Sequence record: NC_027993.1
Length of the DNA: 43,587 nucleotides
Source of the DNA: Escherichia phage K1G
Direction: 5' to 3' (one strand)
The position numbers were made by a program, and so were the translations under genes. The notes beneath the pieces were generated by a model. The model saw nothing but the letters and a program-made list of their open reading frames with translations, did not search any database and was not told the origin of the DNA. Shown piece by piece: positions 1 to 9,254 of the stretch (its first letter is position 1; each line of letters begins with the position of its first letter).

Positions 1-1251
1 ATGAGTATTCAGCTATCCGCACCGCAGGCGCTGTTCCTGAATTGTGATAACAAATATAAGGCATATGTCGGCGGCTTCGGTAGCGGAAAGACATTTGTTG
101 GCTGCCTTGACCTGCTTACGTTTATGCTCAAGCATCCAGGTACGCGCCTGGGTTACTTCGGCCCGACATACCCGGCTATCCGTGACATCTTCTACCCGAC
201 ATTTGAGGAAGCCGCTAACCTGCTCGGCCTCGATGTGCTGGTTAAATCTGGCGACAAAGAAGTCGTGGTTACTCGCGGTAAGACGGTGCTCGGTACAGTT
301 ATCTGCCGTTCTATGGATAACCCAGGCTCGATAGTCGGCTTCAAAATCGCTGCTGCGGTCGTGGATGAGCTTGATGTATTGAGCCGTGAGAAAGCTGAGC
401 TGGCGTGGAACAAAATTGTCGCCCGTATGCGTCTTGTTATTCCTGGTGTAATTAACCACATCTCTGTCACCACGACACCGGAAGGGTTCAAGTTCGTCTA
501 CGCCAAGTTCAAAGAGAACCCGACGCCGAGTTACTCGATGGTGCAGGCTTCTACACACGAGAACGCGCGATTCCTGCCACCTGACTACATTAGTTCGCTG
601 ACCGAGACTTATCCGGCGCAGTTGATTAACGCGTATCTGAATGGTGAGTTCGTCAACCTTACCTCCGGCAGCGTGTATTACGCATATGACCGCCGTAAGC
701 ACCGCAGCAAAGAGGTAATTCAACCGGGCGACACGTTGTACATCGGGCAGGACTTCAACGTTACGAAGAACGCAAGCGCCGTGTATGTGCAACGTAAAGA
801 CGGCTGGCACGCGGTAGCAGAACTGAAAGGCCTGTTCGATACACCGGATACCGTGCGCGTAATTACTGAGAAGTGGAAGTCGCAGGGCCACCGCATAGTC
901 GTTTACCCGGATGCCAGCGGCAAGAACCGCAAGACCAACTCGGCGTCAATATCAGATATTGCGTTACTCCAGCAGGCAGGTTTCGATGTTCGCGCTAAAT
1001 CCGCCAACCCTCCGGTTAAAGACCGTGTTTTAGCCGTGAATACCGCACTGGAAAAAGGTAAGCTGTGGGTTAACGACCACTTATGCCCTGAGATAGCAAA
1101 GACGCTGGAACAGCAGGCATACGACGATAACGGCGAGCCAGCTAAAGACGGCATTATCGACCATATGGCAGATGCGCTTGGCTATCCTGTAGTTTACGAG
1201 ATGCCGGTGGTTAAACCAGTAATCAACATCCCGGTGACTTTCGCACTTTAA
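1..1251 (+). CDS. terminase large subunit
   Basis: 416-aa ORF with N-terminal Walker A-like GGFGSGKT; immediately upstream of portal; preceded (across the window ends) by a terS-like ORF whose stop would overlap this ATG. Confidence 0.85.
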   Translation: MSIQLSAPQALFLNCDNKYKAYVGGFGSGKTFVGCLDLLTFMLKHPGTRLGYFGPTYPAIRDIFYPTFEEAANLLGLDVLVKSGDKEVVVTRGKTVLGTVICRSMDNPGSIVGFKIAAAVVDELDVLSREKAELAWNKIVARMRLVIPGVINHISVTTTPEGFKFVYAKFKENPTPSYSMVQASTHENARFLPPDYISSLTETYPAQLINAYLNGEFVNLTSGSVYYAYDRRKHRSKEVIQPGDTLYIGQDFNVTKNASAVYVQRKDGWHAVAELKGLFDTPDTVRVITEKWKSQGHRIVVYPDASGKNRKTNSASISDIALLQQAGFDVRAKSANPPVKDRVLAVNTALEKGKLWVNDHLCPEIAKTLEQQAYDDNGEPAKDGIIDHMADALGYPVVYEMPVVKPVINIPVTFAL

Positions 1252-1263
1252 GAGGATTATTCA

Positions 1264-2745
1264 ATGTTAACTATGAACGGTCAGAATCAGGGTGTTAAGA
1301 CAAAACACCGGGAATGGCTGCATCACTTCGATAAATGGCAGAAGGTGCGCCACGCACTGGAGGGTGACCTTATCCGCTATCTGCGAAACGTCGGGAAGAA
1401 CGAGCCGGACCCAACTTATGCAGCCCAGCGCCAGGAAGAATACGAGAACGGCGCTATCTGCTACAATTTCACCAAGCGTACCCTGTCGGGTATGGTTGGC
1501 TCGGTAATGCGAAAAGACCCGGAGCAGATTATTCCACGTGAACTGGAATACCTGTTACGCAATGCCGATGGCTCGGGTGTTGGCCTGTGGCAGCACGCGC
1601 AGGATACGCTGATGGAGATTGACTCGGTGGGTCGTGGCGGTTTACTGGTGGATGCGCCGGAGACAGCGGCAGCGACGGCAGCCGAACAGAACGCCGGATT
1701 ATTAAACCCGGTCATCGCATTCTATACCGCAGAGAACATCATCAACTGGCGACTCACTCGCGTAGGCTCTGTTAACCGCGTTACGATGGTAGTGCTGCGT
1801 GAGGTATGGGAATATTCAGAACCTAGAGCCGAGTTTGAAACCAAGTCTGGGGAACAATACCGCGTTCTCGACTTGATTGACGGGCGCTACCGTCAGCGCA
1901 TATACCGATTCGATGCGGAAGGCGGCGCGCAAGACGAAGTAATAGAAATCTTCCCGGAACTGGGCGAACAGTTGCGCGGTAAAATCCCGTTCACGTTCAT
2001 CGGGGCCAGCAACAACGACGCGACGGTTGATGACGCGCCTTTGCTGCCGTTAGCTGAGCTTAATATCGGGCATTTTCGCAACAGCGCAGACAATGAGGAG
2101 TCCAGCTTCGTTGTGGGCCAGCCAACCTTGTTCATTGCGCCAGGTGAGAACATGAGCATGGCTCAGTGGAAAGAAGCTAACCCTCACGGAGTGCGCATGG
2201 GGTCGCGTTCAGGCCATAACATCGGTTACGGCGGCAATGCGTTTCTGATTCAGGCGGGAGAGAACAACCTCGCCAAACAGAACATGTTGGATAAAGAGAA
2301 TCAGGCAATCCAGATTGGTGCACAGCTTATCACGCCTACGCAGCAAATCACCGCCGAATCCGCTCGCCTGCAACGTGCTGCCGATACGTCCGTAATGGCA
2401 ACCATTGCGCGTAACGTAAGCATGGCGTACACCGAAGCGTTGCGTTGGGTGGCTGCGATGCTGGGTCTACGCGAAGGAACAGAAATTGAGTTCAAGCTGA
2501 ATATGGAATTCTTCCTGCAACCAATGACCGCTCAGGACCGTGCGCAGTGGATGACAGACATTAATGCCGGTTTACTACCGGCAACTGCTTACTACGCCGC
2601 GTTGCGTAAGGCTGGGGTAACTGACTGGACTGACGAGGAGATTACAACGGCTATTGAGGATGCACCTGTGCCGTTAGGCGATGTTACTCAGGTAACTGGC
2701 GAGATTCCGCAGTCGGCGCAACAGCAGGATGCCACCCAGCAATAA
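1264..2745 (+). CDS. portal protein
   Basis: 493-aa ORF directly after terL; RBS AAGAGGA 8 nt upstream; size and position typical of portal. Confidence 0.75.
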   Translation: MLTMNGQNQGVKTKHREWLHHFDKWQKVRHALEGDLIRYLRNVGKNEPDPTYAAQRQEEYENGAICYNFTKRTLSGMVGSVMRKDPEQIIPRELEYLLRNADGSGVGLWQHAQDTLMEIDSVGRGGLLVDAPETAAATAAEQNAGLLNPVIAFYTAENIINWRLTRVGSVNRVTMVVLREVWEYSEPRAEFETKSGEQYRVLDLIDGRYRQRIYRFDAEGGAQDEVIEIFPELGEQLRGKIPFTFIGASNNDATVDDAPLLPLAELNIGHFRNSADNEESSFVVGQPTLFIAPGENMSMAQWKEANPHGVRMGSRSGHNIGYGGNAFLIQAGENNLAKQNMLDKENQAIQIGAQLITPTQQITAESARLQRAADTSVMATIARNVSMAYTEALRWVAAMLGLREGTEIEFKLNMEFFLQPMTAQDRAQWMTDINAGLLPATAYYAALRKAGVTDWTDEEITTAIEDAPVPLGDVTQVTGEIPQSAQQQDATQQ

Positions 2746-2755
2746 GTTCACCTGT

Positions 2756-2776
2756 AGCCCCGAAAGGGGCTTTCTT
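2756..2776 (+). terminator. hairpin AGCCCC-GAAA-GGGGCT followed by T-rich run
   Basis: perfect 6-bp GC stem with GAAA loop then TTCTTATAAT; identical hairpin recurs at 4325. Confidence 0.45.
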
Positions 2777-2781
2777 ATAAT

Positions 2782-3858
2782 ATGCTATTAACTTTAGCGC
2801 CACAGGGTTTATTTATGAGCTTACTGACATCATTAATCAGTCACCAGATTTGGCTGCAACGCACCGCATCTGGTGAGGTGAAAGACCTAGCACCATTCAT
2901 TCAGGAGATGCGCGATGAAATCAAACGGCAGGTGTTGTTGTTCGGCGACGACGGGCGAAGCACAGCACGTCTGAATAAATTGTTACGCGACCTAGAAGAA
3001 GCACTGACCGGGTTAACCGGTGACTGGCAAACGAAGCTGACAGAAGACCTTAAGGAACTGGCGGCGTACGAGGCCGAGTGGAATGTGAAGACACTCGCGG
3101 CTAACGTTAACACGGAATTTGTTACCCCTACCGCTGAGCAGGTGTGGTCCGCCGCTGTGTTCCAACCGCTGGCTTTAAGCGACAAGCCAGCAGATTTCAC
3201 GAAACTTATGGAAGGCTGGGGTGAAACAGAAGTGTCGCGCCTAGTAACTGGCGTTAAGATGGGGTTTGTACAGGGCCAGACAACACGGCAGATTATCAAG
3301 AGCGTTGTTGGCTCCGGCGGGCTGGCGGACATCTCAGAGCGCAATGCCGCTACCGTAATCCGCACCGCACTTTCACACGTATCTAACGAAGCCCGCAACG
3401 AGACTTATCGGCAGAACAGCGACATCATCGAGAAATACGAATGGGTGTCAACACTGGACAGCCGTACCAGCACGATATGCAAGGCCAGAGATGGCATGAC
3501 ATGGGAAATCGGTAAAGGCCCTACGCCGCCAGCCCATCCGAATTGTCGAAGTACCACAGCACCTGTAATTAGCTCAGAGTTCGACTTCCTTGATGCAGGC
3601 GCAAAACGTGCTGCCAAAGGTGCTGATGGCGGAACGCAAGTAAGCGCGGATACCACTTACTACGAGTTCCTTAAACAACAACCGGCGTGGTTTCAGGACC
3701 AGGCGCTCGGCCCGGTGCGAGGTAAGATTTTCCGTAACAGCGGTATATCGCCGGAAGAGTTTCGCGTAATATCTGTAGATGGTTTCGGGAATCCGCTCAC
3801 GCTTAAGCAGATGGCGGAACTCGATAAACGTGTTGCTGATTATCTGAAAGGGGAATAA
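2782..3858 (+). CDS. head morphogenesis / minor capsid protein (start uncertain, alt ATG 2815)
   Basis: 358-aa ORF following portal, the usual position of the head-morphogenesis gene in siphovirus late operons; no strong RBS. Confidence 0.55.
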   Translation: MLLTLAPQGLFMSLLTSLISHQIWLQRTASGEVKDLAPFIQEMRDEIKRQVLLFGDDGRSTARLNKLLRDLEEALTGLTGDWQTKLTEDLKELAAYEAEWNVKTLAANVNTEFVTPTAEQVWSAAVFQPLALSDKPADFTKLMEGWGETEVSRLVTGVKMGFVQGQTTRQIIKSVVGSGGLADISERNAATVIRTALSHVSNEARNETYRQNSDIIEKYEWVSTLDSRTSTICKARDGMTWEIGKGPTPPAHPNCRSTTAPVISSEFDFLDAGAKRAAKGADGGTQVSADTTYYEFLKQQPAWFQDQALGPVRGKIFRNSGISPEEFRVISVDGFGNPLTLKQMAELDKRVADYLKGE

Positions 3859-4319
3859 TGATGGGCTTTTTCAAAGTAACTGACGTACCGTCACGCCGCG
3901 TAGTCCAGTACGCCCGCGTGTCTGGCTCTGGTGAGAACGTGGTGTTTATTGATGATGAAAGTGTACTCGGTACACCCGAAGACGATATGCCGTTTGCAGA
4001 TAAAACCGGTATTGCGTTACCCGCGGCGGGCATGCTTTATGAAATTCCGTATCTGGCGGATGCTGGCGACGTGTATTTCTCAGTGCAACCCGCCGATACA
4101 GAACTGGTAGACGGCCGCGCAACTATCACTGTCGAAGTTAAGGCGGGCAAAGCGCCATATGCGTTGACCTGGTACAAAGACGGGAAGGAAGTGGTCAACG
4201 CCCCGGAAGAGGCTTTGTCTCTGAAGGTTAATGCAGTCGGTGAATACTTCGTTAAAGTCACCGATGCCGATGGGGTAGAGGCCGTCAGTAAAGCGGCGAA
4301 GGTTACTAAGCCAGAATAA
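3858..4319 (+). CDS. Ig-like domain structural protein
   Basis: RBS AAGGGGA; C-terminal segment APYALTWYKDGKEV...GEYFVKV resembles Ig-like fold motif shared with ORF 7366..7716. Confidence 0.5.
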   Translation: MMGFFKVTDVPSRRVVQYARVSGSGENVVFIDDESVLGTPEDDMPFADKTGIALPAAGMLYEIPYLADAGDVYFSVQPADTELVDGRATITVEVKAGKAPYALTWYKDGKEVVNAPEEALSLKVNAVGEYFVKVTDADGVEAVSKAAKVTKPE

Positions 4320-4324
4320 ACTGA

Positions 4325-4344
4325 AGCCCCGAAAGGGGCTTTTT
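4325..4344 (+). terminator. rho-independent terminator
   Basis: AGCCCC-GAAA-GGGGCT hairpin followed by TTTTT. Confidence 0.7.
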
Positions 4345-4408
4345 AGTGCCTGTGATTATTCCAGTTATTCCACTCAATTGTAAATGTTGGAATAAACTAT
4401 TCGAATAG

Positions 4409-4437
4409 TTGACTTTTCACCAAAAATGTGCTAAGCT
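4409..4437 (+). promoter_or_regulatory. sigma70-like promoter TTGACT-N17-TAAGCT with TGn extension; -35 overlaps 16-bp perfect palindrome AACTATTCGAATAGTT (4395-4410)
   Basis: hexamers and spacing read directly; -10 is weak (3/6) but preceded by TG. Confidence 0.45.
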
Positions 4438-4617
4438 CCACCTGAGCTTGTGAAGTATGAACAAGCGACCGCGGCGCGGGCAGGTAACGGAGCGGGACGT
4501 AAGTCCTGAGTGTAGTTACGCTGACGCGTTCGGAAGGGCCATAGTCTATCGCTTGTGTAAAAAAGTAACTGGTTTACTGAGATTACGCCGTTTCTATGTT
4601 TAAATGATAAGGACTAG

Positions 4618-4640
4618 CGCCCCGCTTTATGGCGGGGCTT
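4618..4640 (+). promoter_or_regulatory. leader hairpin GCCCCGC-TTTATG-GCGGGGC (possible attenuator or processing site) just upstream of spanin RBS
   Basis: 7-bp GC stem followed by short TTTA; same hairpin in reverse orientation at 36779-36798. Confidence 0.4.
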
Positions 4641-4662
4641 TACTTATCGAGAAAGGAGAAAC

Positions 4663-5049
4663 ATGAATCTTAACGCAACTGTCGTAGCAGGAGCATGTTT
4701 CATCCTCCTGACATACGGCTACGGAATCTACCAGTATCGCAGCGGCTGGAACGAAGGCCGGGCGAATCTCGTTTCGCAGCAACAGCAGAAAGCACAGGCT
4801 GAGTTAGCGAAGAAAACACAACGGCAGCAGCAGGATGAATCAAAGGCCGCAGCCGCTGACAACGAAGGCAAGACGAAATCAGAGGTGATCACACGTGAAG
4901 TCGTTAAGTACATTAAAACGCCTGGTCGCAGCGTGTGCGCTTTTGACCCTGAGCGCGTGCAGCTCAAGTCCCGCGCCGTCGCAAACGCCAATTCCATCCC
5001 CGGATACGACGATGATGCAGCCGCCGTGCAAACTGGCGCCGCCAAGTAG
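4663..5049 (+). CDS. i-spanin (Rz-like)
   Basis: 128 aa; N-terminal TM segment VVAGACFILLTYGYGIY, Gln/Ala-rich coiled-coil periplasmic region; RBS AAGGAG; embedded out-of-frame lipoprotein ORF. Confidence 0.65.
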   Translation: MNLNATVVAGACFILLTYGYGIYQYRSGWNEGRANLVSQQQQKAQAELAKKTQRQQQDESKAAAADNEGKTKSEVITREVVKYIKTPGRSVCAFDPERVQLKSRAVANANSIPGYDDDAAAVQTGAAK

Positions 5050-5158
5050 CGACGCTGACGAGGATTTAGCTGCCGACGTCCGGAACGCCGAATGCGCACG
5101 GCAACTGCGCCTGAAAGTATTCCAGTTGCAGGATTATGTGAGGAATATTCTGGAATAG
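4895..5158 (+). CDS. o-spanin (Rz1-like lipoprotein), GTG start, +1 frame embedded in and extending past i-spanin
   Basis: signal peptide with lipobox LTLSAC, proline-rich mature region; RBS AGAGGTG upstream of GTG. Confidence 0.65.
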   Translation: MKSLSTLKRLVAACALLTLSACSSSPAPSQTPIPSPDTTMMQPPCKLAPPSSDADEDLAADVRNAECARQLRLKVFQLQDYVRNILE

Positions 5159-5240
5159 TTGCCTTGCATGTTGGAATAATTTATTCTTGACATGTAAATC
5201 CGGGTGGCCCGGGTTCCAACGTCCAGGGGACATACTGACT

Positions 5241-5942
5241 ATGAATCGTTTTTTACGTTATCCGTTCCAGGAAGAAGCTGGAGCAGAAGATAAATCAGGC
5301 GGCGGTGACGCACCTAAAATGTACACAGCCGAAGAAGTGCAGGCGCTGATTGAGAAAGAAGTCGCCGGGCTTAAGGCTAACCAGGAAGCATTGCTGAACG
5401 AGAAGAAAGAAGCCGCTCGTAAAGCAAAAGAGGCCGAAGAAGAGCGGCAGCGTGCACACCAGGAGGCCCTGAAAGCCGCCGGTAAGATGGACGAGTTCGA
5501 AAAGACGATTCGTAGCCAGTATGACCCGGTGTTAGCCGAGAAAGATGGTCGCATCTCCAGAATGGCAGAGCGCATCCTCGGCAGCGAACGCAAAGCGGTG
5601 TTAGGTTCTTTCGCGGGTGACTTCATTACCCCGGAAGCAGTAGACATTCTCGCGCCGTTCGTTAAGACTGAGTTTGAAGGTGATGATGTGGTTACTAAGT
5701 TTGTCGGCGCGGATGGCAACGTAGTCACAACTGACCCGGAACAGTTCCGCAAATACCTGCGCGAACATAAAGCGTTTTCGCATTTGATTAAAGCAAATGC
5801 AGCTTCCGGCGGCGGGGCTTCCGGTAGCAAAGGCGGCGGGGCCGCACCAGCGTTTAAAGACATGAGTGAAGCAGAGCGTTTAGCCCTGTATAAATCGAAC
5901 CCTGCCGAATTTGAACGGCAACTTAAAGCCCTGAGGAAATAA
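5241..5942 (+). CDS. scaffolding protein
   Basis: Ala/Glu/Lys-rich coiled-coil protein immediately upstream of major capsid gene; RBS AGGGGA before ATG at 5241 (track ORF begins further upstream at 5187). Confidence 0.55.
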   Translation: MNRFLRYPFQEEAGAEDKSGGGDAPKMYTAEEVQALIEKEVAGLKANQEALLNEKKEAARKAKEAEEERQRAHQEALKAAGKMDEFEKTIRSQYDPVLAEKDGRISRMAERILGSERKAVLGSFAGDFITPEAVDILAPFVKTEFEGDDVVTKFVGADGNVVTTDPEQFRKYLREHKAFSHLIKANAASGGGASGSKGGGAAPAFKDMSEAERLALYKSNPAEFERQLKALRK

Positions 5943-5944
5943 TA

Positions 5945-6994
5945 ATGGCAATTACCACTATCGGCGATATCGTAACTGGCAACATCCCGGTCCTGGCGTC
6001 TTATATGACCGAGGACCCGGTAGAAAAAACCGCGTTCTTCCAGTCTGGTATTCTGACCCCGACTCCGTACGCTGCCGAGATTGCTCGCGGTCCGTCCAAC
6101 GTCGCCAACATTCCTTTCTGGAAAGCGATTGATACTTCTATCGAGCCTAACTACTCGAACGATGTTTATCAGGACATCGCTACCCCGCGTAATGTGCAGA
6201 CTGGCGAGATGATGGCCCGCGTTGCGTACCTGAACGAAGGTTTCGGTCAGGCGGACCTGACTGTCGAACTGACCAGCCAGAACCCTCTGCAATCCGTAGC
6301 GTCCCGTCTGGATAACTTCTGGCAGCGTCAGGCACAACGCCGTCTGATTGCTACCGCGCTCGGTCTGTACAACGACAACGTAGCTGCTACCGATGCTTAC
6401 CATACGCAGAACGATATGGTTATCGACGTGTCCGCTACTCTGGGCTTCGACGCAGGTGCGTTCATCGACGCCACTCAGACTATGGGCGATGCTCTGATGG
6501 GTAACGGTGGTGAGGTGCTGGGCGCTATCGCGATGCACAGCTTCGTTTATGCACAGGCGCGTAAGCAGCAGCTTATCGACTTCATTCGCGACGCTGACAA
6601 CAACACCATGTTTGCTAGCTACCAGGGCTACCGTGTGATTGTTGACGACAGCATGACCGTAGTCGGCACCGGCCCGAGCCGTAAGTTCATCTCCATCATC
6701 TTTGGCAACGGTGCCATCGGTTATGGTGAAGGCAACCCGTCCAACCCGCTGGAATACGAACGTGAAGCGTCCCGCGGCAATGGTGGCGGCGTTGAAACCC
6801 TGTGGACCCGTAAGACCTGGTTGCTGCACCCACTGGGCTACAGCTTCACCAGCGCGGTAATCACCGGCAACGGCACCGAGACTGTCGCCCGCTCCGCTTC
6901 CTGGCAGGACCTGGCGAACGCCTCCAACTGGAACCGTGTGGTTGACCGTAAGCATGTACCGATTGCCTTCCTGGTAACTGGTGTCGGGGCTTAA
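5945..6994 (+). CDS. major capsid protein
   Basis: 349-aa ORF after scaffold, RBS GAGGA, followed by strong terminator; position and size. Confidence 0.7.
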   Translation: MAITTIGDIVTGNIPVLASYMTEDPVEKTAFFQSGILTPTPYAAEIARGPSNVANIPFWKAIDTSIEPNYSNDVYQDIATPRNVQTGEMMARVAYLNEGFGQADLTVELTSQNPLQSVASRLDNFWQRQAQRRLIATALGLYNDNVAATDAYHTQNDMVIDVSATLGFDAGAFIDATQTMGDALMGNGGEVLGAIAMHSFVYAQARKQQLIDFIRDADNNTMFASYQGYRVIVDDSMTVVGTGPSRKFISIIFGNGAIGYGEGNPSNPLEYEREASRGNGGGVETLWTRKTWLLHPLGYSFTSAVITGNGTETVARSASWQDLANASNWNRVVDRKHVPIAFLVTGVGA

Positions 6995-7010
6995 GGTTAA
7001 GATATAATCG

Positions 7011-7037
7011 AGAGGGACTTCGGTCCCTCTTTTCATT
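7011..7037 (+). terminator. rho-independent terminator
   Basis: AGAGGGAC-TTCG-GTCCCTCT hairpin (UUCG tetraloop) followed by TTTCATTT. Confidence 0.7.
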
Positions 7038-7053
7038 TACTAAGAGGTAAATT

Positions 7054-7353
7054 ATGGCTAAGACCGGAAAAGGCTTGCCTCGCAGCCTTCAGAATGTCGA
7101 CTTCGGCGACTTTGACATCCCAGTAACGCCGGCTACTACCAGCGTAGTTGGTGGGGTTAAAAAGTCAGCTACTGTAGCCGCCCCCGCGGCCATTACCGCT
7201 GCCGCCGGGTCGCAGTCCGCTGCGGACCCGACTAAGACCGAGTTCGATGCCCTTGTAGCCGAGTACAACAAACTTCGAACTGATGTAACCGCGCTGCGCA
7301 CTACCGTAGCAAATCTGTTGACTGCGCTTAAAAATGCAGGAACTGTAAGCTAA
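7054..7353 (+). CDS. hypothetical structural protein
   Basis: 99-aa ORF with RBS AAGAGG; in head gene block. Confidence 0.5.
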   Translation: MAKTGKGLPRSLQNVDFGDFDIPVTPATTSVVGGVKKSATVAAPAAITAAAGSQSAADPTKTEFDALVAEYNKLRTDVTALRTTVANLLTALKNAGTVS

Positions 7354-7365
7354 AGGAGCTTAAAA

Positions 7366-7716
7366 ATGGTTGATGTAATCAAACGTCGTATTACTGGTGT
7401 TTCTGATGATTCTCCTGCCGATGGTCAGGTTGAAATCGATATGGCGAATATCTCGCCCGCATCTTTTTCTACCGCACTTGCCGCTACCACTACCAAGTCT
7501 ACGGGGCAGACGATGACCCTTACTGTAGCCGTAATCGGCGGTCTGGCCCCGTACACATACCAGTGGTACAAAGATAACAACGCTATCCCTGGCGCTACCG
7601 CCGCCACCTACGAGAAAACTTCGCTCGCTACTACCGATTCCGGTACGTATAAAGTGGTTGTTCACGATGTGTATGGTAATATTATCTCCAGCAGCACTGT
7701 AGCAACTGTGTCTTAA
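7366..7716 (+). CDS. Ig-like domain protein
   Basis: RBS AAAGGAG; motif APYTYQWYKDNNAI...SGTYKVVV paralogous to C-terminus of 3858..4319. Confidence 0.5.
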   Translation: MVDVIKRRITGVSDDSPADGQVEIDMANISPASFSTALAATTTKSTGQTMTLTVAVIGGLAPYTYQWYKDNNAIPGATAATYEKTSLATTDSGTYKVVVHDVYGNIISSSTVATVS

Positions 7717-7752
7717 TACAACGGCCCTTCGGGGCCGTAATAAGGAAAGGTC

Positions 7753-7932
7753 ATGGCAGATAATTATGTAATCCGCGAAAAGTACACCCACGTTGATATG
7801 GTTGATGGTCAGGTGATACCCGTGCGCGGTGTTGTAGAGGCGGATGAGCTGGTTGCAACCCAACCGGACAGCGAAGAAGCGCACAACAACGGCGGTGGGA
7901 CTAAACGTCGTCGCCGTAAGTCTGAGGAATAG
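7753..7932 (+). CDS. small hypothetical protein (59 aa, below ORF-track cutoff)
   Basis: ATG preceded by AAGGAAAGG RBS and by hairpin ACGGCCC-TTCG-GGGCCGT (7721-7738); basic C-terminus. Confidence 0.4.
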   Translation: MADNYVIREKYTHVDMVDGQVIPVRGVVEADELVATQPDSEEAHNNGGGTKRRRRKSEE

Positions 7933-7986
7933 TAATATCTGGCGTAGTGGTATAATGAATCCATCCTCCATTGAAAAGGGTGAATC

Positions 7987-8736
7987 ATGAACTACGCCAA
8001 AATCTATGAACAGTTAATATCGAACGCAAAAATCAATCCGTTTAGTGGGTATACCGAAAAACATCACATAGTCCCGAAATGCATGGGTGGTGGGGATACT
8101 TTTGACAATATTGTATCTTTGAGCGCTAGACAGCATTTTATTGCGCATTGGCTTCTCTATAAGATACACGGGACTAAAGAACTAGCTTTCGCCTGGAGGG
8201 TTATGTGTATTAACCCTAAAAACAATCAAAGGTCAAAAGTTAACTCACATTCCTTTAAGTTGGCGAAAGAGGCTTGGGCTATAGAGATGTCCAGGTTGAA
8301 TACTGGTGTTAAATTTTCTGATAAACGTATAGAAAATCTCAGACAAGCACATCTAGGGCAAAAGGCGTGGAATAAAGGAATTGCTACCGGGGAAACTGCA
8401 AGTAGAAAAGCCAGAATAGAGCATTACATGGCGAACCCACAACGATGTGTAACATGCGACCAGCCGATCCACTACCGTTTTAAATCACGAGCGCGTAAAT
8501 ATTGCTGCAAGAAATGCCAGTTCGCGGACCCAAATAGAATCGTTGGCAAGGTTAATAGAAAACCTAACTCCGGAAGTTTTAAGAAGGGCCATACGTTAAA
8601 GGGCGAGACTGTCAAGAAAATTTCAGATAAACTTACTGGAATGAAACGCCCGCGCGGGGTATGCCCACATTGCGGAACCGAAGGGGCGCTATCTCTTCTA
8701 AAGAGGTGGCACTTTGATAACTGTAAGAAGGGGTGA
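7987..8736 (+). CDS. HNH endonuclease
   Basis: motif HHIVPKCMGGGDTFDNIVSLSARQHFIAHW (HNH His-Asn-His core) plus C-terminal CxxC pairs; RBS AAAAGGGTG. Confidence 0.8.
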   Translation: MNYAKIYEQLISNAKINPFSGYTEKHHIVPKCMGGGDTFDNIVSLSARQHFIAHWLLYKIHGTKELAFAWRVMCINPKNNQRSKVNSHSFKLAKEAWAIEMSRLNTGVKFSDKRIENLRQAHLGQKAWNKGIATGETASRKARIEHYMANPQRCVTCDQPIHYRFKSRARKYCCKKCQFADPNRIVGKVNRKPNSGSFKKGHTLKGETVKKISDKLTGMKRPRGVCPHCGTEGALSLLKRWHFDNCKKG

Positions 8737-8739
8737 AAA

Positions 8740-9252
8740 GTGTCCTTAACCGTAGAAACAGGTCAAATTATAGAAGGGGCCGATTCGTACATCTCACTGG
8801 CTGACGCCCGCGCGTTAGCGGCTAATTACGGTCTTGAGTTACCTGCCGACGACACTGACGCCGAAGTAGCTCTGCGTAATGGTGCTGCTTATGTCGGGCT
8901 CGCCGAAACGCAGATGTGCGGCCGCCGTGTATCCGCCGAACAGTCTCTGGCGTATCCTCGCACTGGGGTAACGTTAAACGGATTCCCCGTAGCTAACAAC
9001 GTCATCCCGAAGCAGGTAATTCTTGCGCAGGTAATTGCTGCTGTTACCTATGGCGCGGGTACTGAGGTGCGGGCTAACTCAGACGGGCGTTCCGTGCAGA
9101 CTGAGCGTGTCGAGGGTGCGGTGACAGTGACCTACTTCAACAACGGCAACAGCGGGGCTACAACTGCTATTACCGCTGCGGACGACGCTTTACGCCCGTT
9201 ACTGTGTGGCGGTCTTAACAACGGCTTCTCATTTAATGTGTACCGGGGTTAA
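8740..9252 (+). CDS. head-tail connector-region protein (function by position only), GTG start
   Basis: 170-aa ORF between head and tail blocks. Confidence 0.5.
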   Translation: MSLTVETGQIIEGADSYISLADARALAANYGLELPADDTDAEVALRNGAAYVGLAETQMCGRRVSAEQSLAYPRTGVTLNGFPVANNVIPKQVILAQVIAAVTYGAGTEVRANSDGRSVQTERVEGAVTVTYFNNGNSGATTAITAADDALRPLLCGGLNNGFSFNVYRG

Positions 9253-9254
9253 AA

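Noticed and set aside
13-891. 292-aa minus-strand ORF
   Set aside because: Antisense to the terminase large subunit gene, which has a clear Walker A motif and operon context.
4457-4600. 47-codon ORF in the spanin leader
   Set aside because: No convincing RBS and arginine-rich low-complexity product; the region is more likely an untranslated structured leader.
5258-7036. 592-aa minus-strand ORF
   Set aside because: Lies antisense across the scaffold and major capsid genes; low-complexity Ala/Gly/Ser/Arg-rich translation typical of a shadow ORF on GC-rich coding DNA.
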